Shown piece after piece: positions 14,675 through 17,560 of a stretch of 17,560 nucleotides of DNA. Every line of letters starts with the position of its first letter. Position 1 is the stretch's first letter. The position numbers were made by a program, and so were the translations under genes. The DNA comes from a virus, in IMG/VR virus record IMGVR_UViG_3300045988_177976. One strand, 5' to 3'. A model generated the notes under the pieces. The model saw nothing but the letters and a program-made list of their open reading frames with translations. It was not told where the DNA came from and made no database searches.

Positions 14675-15838
14675 CTATCCCAGTCCGGCAAGTGACAGCA
14701 TCTTCTCGGCCGCATGGATGGAGGCGTCGCCTATGAGCTGGGAGAGCACCCCCATGGAGGCGATGCCGTCCGCCCCGCTGGCGCGGCGGGATTTCGGGGG
14801 TGAGTCTATCGCCGACATGACATCGGCGACGAATTGGGTGTTGCGGTGCAGGTAGTCGCGCTGCGCGGCGGTGAGGTTCCCGTACCACTGCCGGTATCCC
14901 AGCAGGTCGAGCGCCCGGAGCAGCGCCCGGGTCTGTTCCGGGGACATGCCGGGTGCGCGCATCCGTTCCACCGTCTTCGCGTCCCTCATGGCGCGCCGCT
15001 CCGATTTCGACAGGCTCCCGGGGCCTTTGCGCCCGCGTTTGCGCAGGGCCTTCTCGGATCGGAATATCCTGCGCGCCTGCTCCTCGCCGTACCCCTCCTG
15101 TGCGAGCTGGTGCATCCGCGCCTGCTGTGATGCGCCGCCCACGCCGGAGACGGACATGCCGGCCTTGCGGGCCATGCTCGCCAGGTAGATGTTGTACGTG
15201 GATTCGCTCATGGAGCCGGATTCCATGCGGCGCCTCGCGGCGGTGATGCCCTTCGCGGCGCTGCGCAGGGAGCTTTCCTCGGCGCTGGGGCCGAACGCCA
15301 CGGCATCGTCCTGTCCCGTGCCGAGGATCTTCGACGCCACCATGGCGTCGATGGCGTTGACGTTCATCCACCTCCCGTTCGCGGCGTCGTTGACACGCTG
15401 CCGGGCGGCGAGGATCCTGTTGTTGGCGTTGCGGGCGAGACGGGCCTGCCTTGGCGGCATGGACTGGATCACCGACTCGTCGGTGAGTTGTCTGGAGGCC
15501 ATGTACATGGTGTTCCGGTTCACCCTGGGGGAGGGGGTGAGCATGGCGCGCACGCGCCTGTCATGCTCCGCCTTGCGTTCGGCGCGCCGGGACGCCATGG
15601 CGTCCGCGCGGCGCTCGGACGCGCGGATGACGGCCCGTTCCAGGTCGGCGCGCTGGGATGGTGTGAGCATGGCGATGTTGTTGAGGGAGAGATGGCTGAC
15701 GTCGATATGGTGTTCCAGGTCATGCACGAGCTGTCGGTGCACCTGTGCACTGCGCGCCCTGACTTGGGCCTTCCTTGCCTCGAGTTCCCTGCGGCGACGT
15801 GCCGCACGGCGTTTCTTGCCGGATGACGGCTGTTTCAT
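14675..15838 (-). CDS. Putative terminal protein (387 aa, very basic), assigned by synteny only
   Basis: It is directly upstream of the polymerase and co-oriented with it (33-nt gap), as gene 3 precedes gene 2 in phi29. It is Arg/Lys-rich and predicted helical, with an AAGGGGG RBS. I see no sequence similarity to the phi29 terminal protein. Confidence 0.5.
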   Translation of the reverse strand: MKQPSSGKKRRAARRRRELEARKAQVRARSAQVHRQLVHDLEHHIDVSHLSLNNIAMLTPSQRADLERAVIRASERRADAMASRRAERKAEHDRRVRAMLTPSPRVNRNTMYMASRQLTDESVIQSMPPRQARLARNANNRILAARQRVNDAANGRWMNVNAIDAMVASKILGTGQDDAVAFGPSAEESSLRSAAKGITAARRRMESGSMSESTYNIYLASMARKAGMSVSGVGGASQQARMHQLAQEGYGEEQARRIFRSEKALRKRGRKGPGSLSKSERRAMRDAKTVERMRAPGMSPEQTRALLRALDLLGYRQWYGNLTAAQRDYLHRNTQFVADVMSAIDSPPKSRRASGADGIASMGVLSQLIGDASIHAAEKMLSLAGLG

Positions 15839-15852
15839 GGGTGCCCCCTTGG

Positions 15853-15890
15853 TAAAAATATAGGGAGGCAGATGCGGTCTGCCTCCCTAT
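15853..15890 (-). terminator. Intrinsic terminator (13-bp stem plus U-tract) between the early genes and the terminal-protein gene
   Basis: atagggaggcaga (15860-15872) pairs with tctgcctccctat (15878-15890) around a 5-nt loop. On the minus strand it is followed by ATTTTTACC (A-run 15854-15858 on the plus strand). Confidence 0.65.
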
Positions 15891-15937
15891 CGGATGAACC
15901 TAGGTAAGAACAGGGGAAAGAACCCTAGGTGGTTCCC

Positions 15938-15943
15938 ATTATA
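15938..15943 (-). promoter_or_regulatory. -10 box (TATAAT) upstream of the terminator/terminal-protein leader
   Basis: The minus strand reads acgggggTATAATgggaacc, in the 126-bp gap between the 138-aa gene and the terminal-protein gene. No -35 is present. Confidence 0.4.
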
Positions 15944-15964
15944 CCCCCGTTCCGTCCGGTCGGG

Positions 15965-16381
15965 CTACTTCGTGGGGAGGACCTCCATCGCGTAGTAGCG
16001 GTTGCCCTTGCGGGAGCGGCGCTCGTTGACCACGATGGTCTTCGGGCTCCTCCACGTGTCCGGGGTGCCGAAGATGCCGAACATCGTGTTCACCGACGAG
16101 GCGATGGAATCGGAGGTCGCCGAGTAGGCGCTGTTGTCCGCGGTGACGAAGATCGTGCGGATGGCGTCGCGGACTTCCCCGGTGTTGTCGTCGGTCATGG
16201 CGACCTTCTGGGACACCACGCTCCTGATCTCGAGGGGTTCGCCGAGGTGTTCGTTCAGCGGTTCCGCGTTGTTGATGGCGGTGTACAGGGCGACCTGCCC
16301 CTCTTCGGTCGTGGTGTCGATGAACGCCCGGATGGAGCCGGTGTTCTGCGGTTCCTGTGCGAGTGCGATTTCGTTCGTCAT
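15965..16381 (-). CDS. Early protein (138 aa), possibly a phage ssDNA-binding protein
   Basis: The ATG at 16381 follows AGAAAGGTGATC, an extended anti-SD match. The coding call is solid. The SSB idea rests on its position next to the terminal-protein and polymerase genes (like phi29 gene 5) and a loose resemblance to lactococcal-phage-type SSBs, recalled from memory. Confidence 0.6.
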   Translation of the reverse strand: MTNEIALAQEPQNTGSIRAFIDTTTEEGQVALYTAINNAEPLNEHLGEPLEIRSVVSQKVAMTDDNTGEVRDAIRTIFVTADNSAYSATSDSIASSVNTMFGIFGTPDTWRSPKTIVVNERRSRKGNRYYAMEVLPTK

Positions 16382-16434
16382 GATGATCACCTTTCTGTTT
16401 CTTTGGTTTCCGTCTTCTCTTGAAGACATTTTCT

Positions 16435-16462
16435 ATATTACTGATTTTTTGGATGAAGTCAA
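16435..16462 (-). promoter_or_regulatory. Near-consensus sigma-70/sigA-type promoter (TTGACT, 16 nt, TAATAT)
   Basis: The minus strand reads TTGACTtcatccaaaaaatcagTAATAT, with -35 at 16457-16462 and -10 at 16435-16440. It is about 50 nt upstream of the ATG at 16381. Confidence 0.7.
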
Positions 16463-16475
16463 GTTCGGCGTGTCG

Positions 16476-16766
16476 TTATTTTGCGTTCAACTCATGCACC
16501 TCCGTCCTCGAATAACGGCGGGCAAGCTCCACGAATTGCCCCACCTCCATGATGCCGGTCTCCTTGTAGACGGAGATCGTCTGGGGAACGCAACGCCTGT
16601 TGATGCGACGCGCCTCCTCGAAATACGCGCCGACCGAGTTGCGACGGCCGTCCACGCGCACATCCTCCTTGTCGATGCTGCCGTCCGGCCGCACCACGAT
16701 CGCATGGACGATGGCGTAATACACGGAACGCACGATGGGTTGGCGCTTCTGCAATGGAGCTACCAT
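16476..16766 (-). CDS. Hypothetical early protein (96 aa, basic)
   Basis: AAGGAAAGGGG lies 6 nt upstream of the ATG. It occupies the position of a phi29 gene 6-like DNA-binding protein, but I recognise no motif. Confidence 0.7.
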   Translation of the reverse strand: MVAPLQKRQPIVRSVYYAIVHAIVVRPDGSIDKEDVRVDGRRNSVGAYFEEARRINRRCVPQTISVYKETGIMEVGQFVELARRYSRTEVHELNAK

Positions 16767-16801
16767 AACAAACCCCTTTCCTTAGATTAATGGACAATAC
16801 C

Positions 16802-16830
16802 ATTATAAACCAAATACAGCAGTCTTGCAA
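16802..16830 (-). promoter_or_regulatory. Near-consensus promoter (TTGCAA, 17 nt, TATAAT)
   Basis: The minus strand reads TTGCAAgactgctgtatttggttTATAAT. The -10 box overlaps the TAA stop (16803-16805) of the right-end gene. It is 35 nt upstream of the ATG at 16766. Confidence 0.7.
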
Positions 16831-17327
16831 GACGGCGAGTCGCACTCCATGGACATCCAATCCTCCGCCGAAAACCGACGCTCATCAATACCCGCCATGC
16901 AAAACGCCATACGAGACGCCACACGGGTCTCGGCACCACAGAGATTCAACATGCACCGCACATCAAACTCACTGCCGCCCACCGCAATGACACACGCCAC
17001 CCAACCCATCAAAGCCATGCGATCCAGGGAGCCATCAAGCAGCATGACACCATCCATGTGATCACACACCTGGCGGACAGTGGGATAGGGAGGCAGCACG
17101 GCGCAGATATCCACAGCGGCAAGCACCGCATACCGCACAAACTCGCCACCACCATACCCCTTGTCAAGCACCGCCTTGGAGATCAGCGACGTGGCCTGAC
17201 AGGCTAGTTGGAAGTCGCCACCGGAATCAAAACGCTTCAGATCCAGACGACGCATATAGCCCTTCATGCACCGGCGAATGGCCGGGGAGTCGAAAATGCC
17301 ATCATCAAACGGAACAAGACTCGCCAT
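16803..17327 (-). CDS. Hypothetical early protein (174 aa, Cys-rich), right-end gene
   Basis: It starts at the ITR-encoded ATG (17325-17327) with the same SD and leader as the left-end gene. The track ORF from 17552 is an artefact of the G/T tract. I recognise no family. Confidence 0.7.
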   Translation of the reverse strand: MASLVPFDDGIFDSPAIRRCMKGYMRRLDLKRFDSGGDFQLACQATSLISKAVLDKGYGGGEFVRYAVLAAVDICAVLPPYPTVRQVCDHMDGVMLLDGSLDRMALMGWVACVIAVGGSEFDVRCMLNLCGAETRVASRMAFCMAGIDERRFSAEDWMSMECDSPSCKTAVFGL

Positions 17328-17360
17328 TGTAATCTCCTTCCTTTCTTGGTTGATAAAACA

Positions 17361-17366
17361 ATTATA
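17361..17366 (-). promoter_or_regulatory. -10 box (TATAAT) of an inward-firing promoter in ITR-R
   Basis: Mirror copy of 195-200. It has the same leader, SD and ATG, here serving the gene 16803..17327(-). Confidence 0.55.
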
Positions 17367-17391
17367 GCGAAAACCAGAACACGACACGCCG

Positions 17392-17494
17392 AAAACCAAC
17401 ACCACCCAACCACCAACCACACCACCAAACACCACCAAACAAAACAACAAACAATAAACACAAACAACAAAAAACAAAATACAAACAAAACAAA
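17392..17494 (-). repeat. Mirror copy of the G/T tract inside ITR-R (G/T-rich on the minus strand)
   Basis: Reverse complement of 67-169. On the plus strand it reads as an A/C-only tract (accaccaaac x2 and so on). Confidence 0.95.
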
Positions 17495-17560
17495 GAAAGA
17501 AAAAGACAATGAAAGAAGACGCGGCACCAGGGGGGGAAGCACCCGCACGCACGCACGACC

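Larger units (their letters stand above)
17325..17560. repeat. Right inverted terminal repeat (ITR-R), 236 bp
   Basis: Exact reverse complement of 1-236. It ends at the last base of the window and includes the ATG (17325-17327, minus strand) of the right-end gene. Confidence 0.97.

Noticed and set aside
1-17560. ITR-bounded transposon, casposon- or polinton-like element, or linear plasmid carrying a protein-primed polymerase
   Set aside because: No transposase, integrase or Cas1 is present, and no target-site duplication or flanking host DNA is visible. The ITRs enclose a full capsid, portal, tail, packaging and lysis module, so a virion genome is the simplest reading.
1-17560. tRNA, rRNA or CRISPR arrays, and temperate-phage functions (integrase, repressor)
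   Set aside because: No cloverleaf-like or repeat-spacer structure is seen in the few non-coding gaps, and every sizeable ORF is accounted for. A tRNAscan or Infernal run was not possible, so a small ncRNA cannot be excluded (see the pRNA finding).

Overview
The window looks like a complete 17,560-bp linear genome of a small phi29-like (protein-primed) podovirus from a GC-rich Gram-positive host, probably an actinobacterium. All calls rest on motifs read by eye, with no database search. Bases 1-236 are the exact reverse complement of 17325-17560, and these inverted terminal repeats (ITRs) reach both window edges. Sixteen closely packed genes on the minus strand follow phi29-like order. From right to left they are three small early genes, a putative terminal protein, a family-B DNA polymerase (DLDVNSMYPS / KTLLNAFIGKF / YCNTDG) and a scaffold-like protein. 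Then come a major capsid protein with C-terminal Ig-like domains, tail knob, portal, lower collar, an unknown 219-aa protein and two paralogous fibre proteins. The block ends with a two-domain tail lysin, a gp16-type packaging ATPase, a holin and an amidase_2 endolysin. Only two small genes (234-796) lie on the plus strand. No tRNA, rRNA, CRISPR array, integrase or transposase was seen. The most unusual features are in the ITRs. Each carries an identical TATAAT box, leader, Shine-Dalgarno (SD) site and ATG that start two unrelated inward-reading genes. Each also has a 103-nt tract made almost only of G and T, with a G-quadruplex-like GG array, always on the 5'-ended strand, and a terminal (GTGC)3 repeat. 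Other points of interest are a compact polymerase with a non-canonical motif C and no obvious ExoIII motif, exact TATAAT hexamers found only at gene boundaries, a -10 box/leader/terminator unit ahead of the terminal-protein and polymerase genes, and a structured 209-bp non-coding gap that could encode a packaging RNA.
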